NCBI GenBank assembly: GCA_003694635.1
Contig: RFKQ01000075.1
Span: 1 to 51,717 of the forward strand
DNA from: Planctomycetota bacterium
Lineage (GTDB): Bacteria; Planctomycetota; J132
Direction: 5' to 3'
DNA: 51,717 nucleotides
This document shows, piece by piece, positions 51,674-51,717 of this stretch; the first letter of the stretch is position 1, and every line of letters starts with the position of its first letter. The notes below the pieces were generated by a model. That model was not told where the DNA came from, did no database searches, and was given only the letters and a program-made list of their open reading frames with translations. Position numbers and translations under genes: made by a program.

Positions 51674-51717
51674 TTAAATGCTACGCACGTTCGCAATGCC
51701 CGCCTGTTTCAAAATCG
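51674..51717 (-). CDS. 3' end of an upstream minus-strand gene (possibly the Mod methyltransferase partner), truncated by the window edge
   Basis: An open frame ...ILKQAGIANVRSI* has its TAA stop embedded in the res Shine-Dalgarno region. Only 13 codons are visible, so the product call is pure context inference. Confidence 0.3.
   Translation of the reverse strand, partial: ILKQAGIANVRSI

Noticed and set aside
1-51717. tRNA, rRNA, transposase, integrase, reverse transcriptase and toxin-antitoxin pairs
   Set aside because: I scanned intergenic regions by eye for T-loop (GGTTCRANYC) signatures, rRNA-like conserved blocks and characteristic protein motifs in the ORF track, and found none. A proper tRNAscan/Infernal run could still find something I missed.

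Overview
This is 51.7 kb of chromosomal DNA from what looks like an uncultivated diderm bacterium. Many products carry lipobox signal peptides and there is a beta-barrel outer-membrane protein. A PVC/Planctomycetota- or Omnitrophota-like origin is only my guess from gene content. I support about 34 protein genes. They are hemA-hemC; an envelope glycosylation set (PAP2 phosphatase, two SDR epimerases, a GT2-flippase-like fusion, GT39 and GT87 membrane glycosyltransferases); three Hanks-type Ser/Thr kinase domains in two proteins, both with N-terminal MshEN/T2SSE_N-like repeats; two metallophosphoesterases; an ATP-grasp-like protein; an alpha/beta hydrolase; a minus-strand envelope operon (TatT-like lipoprotein with a DnaJ-type zinc finger, a 1104-aa protein with 10 tandem Ig-like modules, a small lipoprotein); serS; an alpha-glucan locus (porin-like OMP with N-terminal zinc ribbons plus two secreted GH13 lipoproteins); two tandem paralogous membrane proteins plus a dual-specificity phosphatase; a single-polypeptide 1838-aa acyl-CoA carboxylase; an EndoIII-like protein; a TPR lipoprotein; queE; and a Type III restriction Res helicase-nuclease at the right edge. 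I saw no rRNA, tRNA, CRISPR array, cas gene, transposase, integrase or reverse transcriptase. Four signals are not explained by genes. (1) There is an extreme, patchy keto/amino strand asymmetry: the + strand is A+C-rich and G+T-poor over about 9.5-43 kb regardless of gene orientation, and its polarity changes inside intact genes. (2) A family of intergenic REP-like units (AAGTTTTTGGRGG leader plus GGAACC/GGTTCC hairpin) has an orientation that follows the local skew polarity. (3) A 78-bp perfect direct repeat duplicates the 3' end of the ATP-grasp gene. (4) A locally G-restored, structured, promoter-to-hairpin segment at about 23.95-24.15 kb is a candidate novel small RNA. All product calls come from motif recognition by eye. 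No database search was possible.
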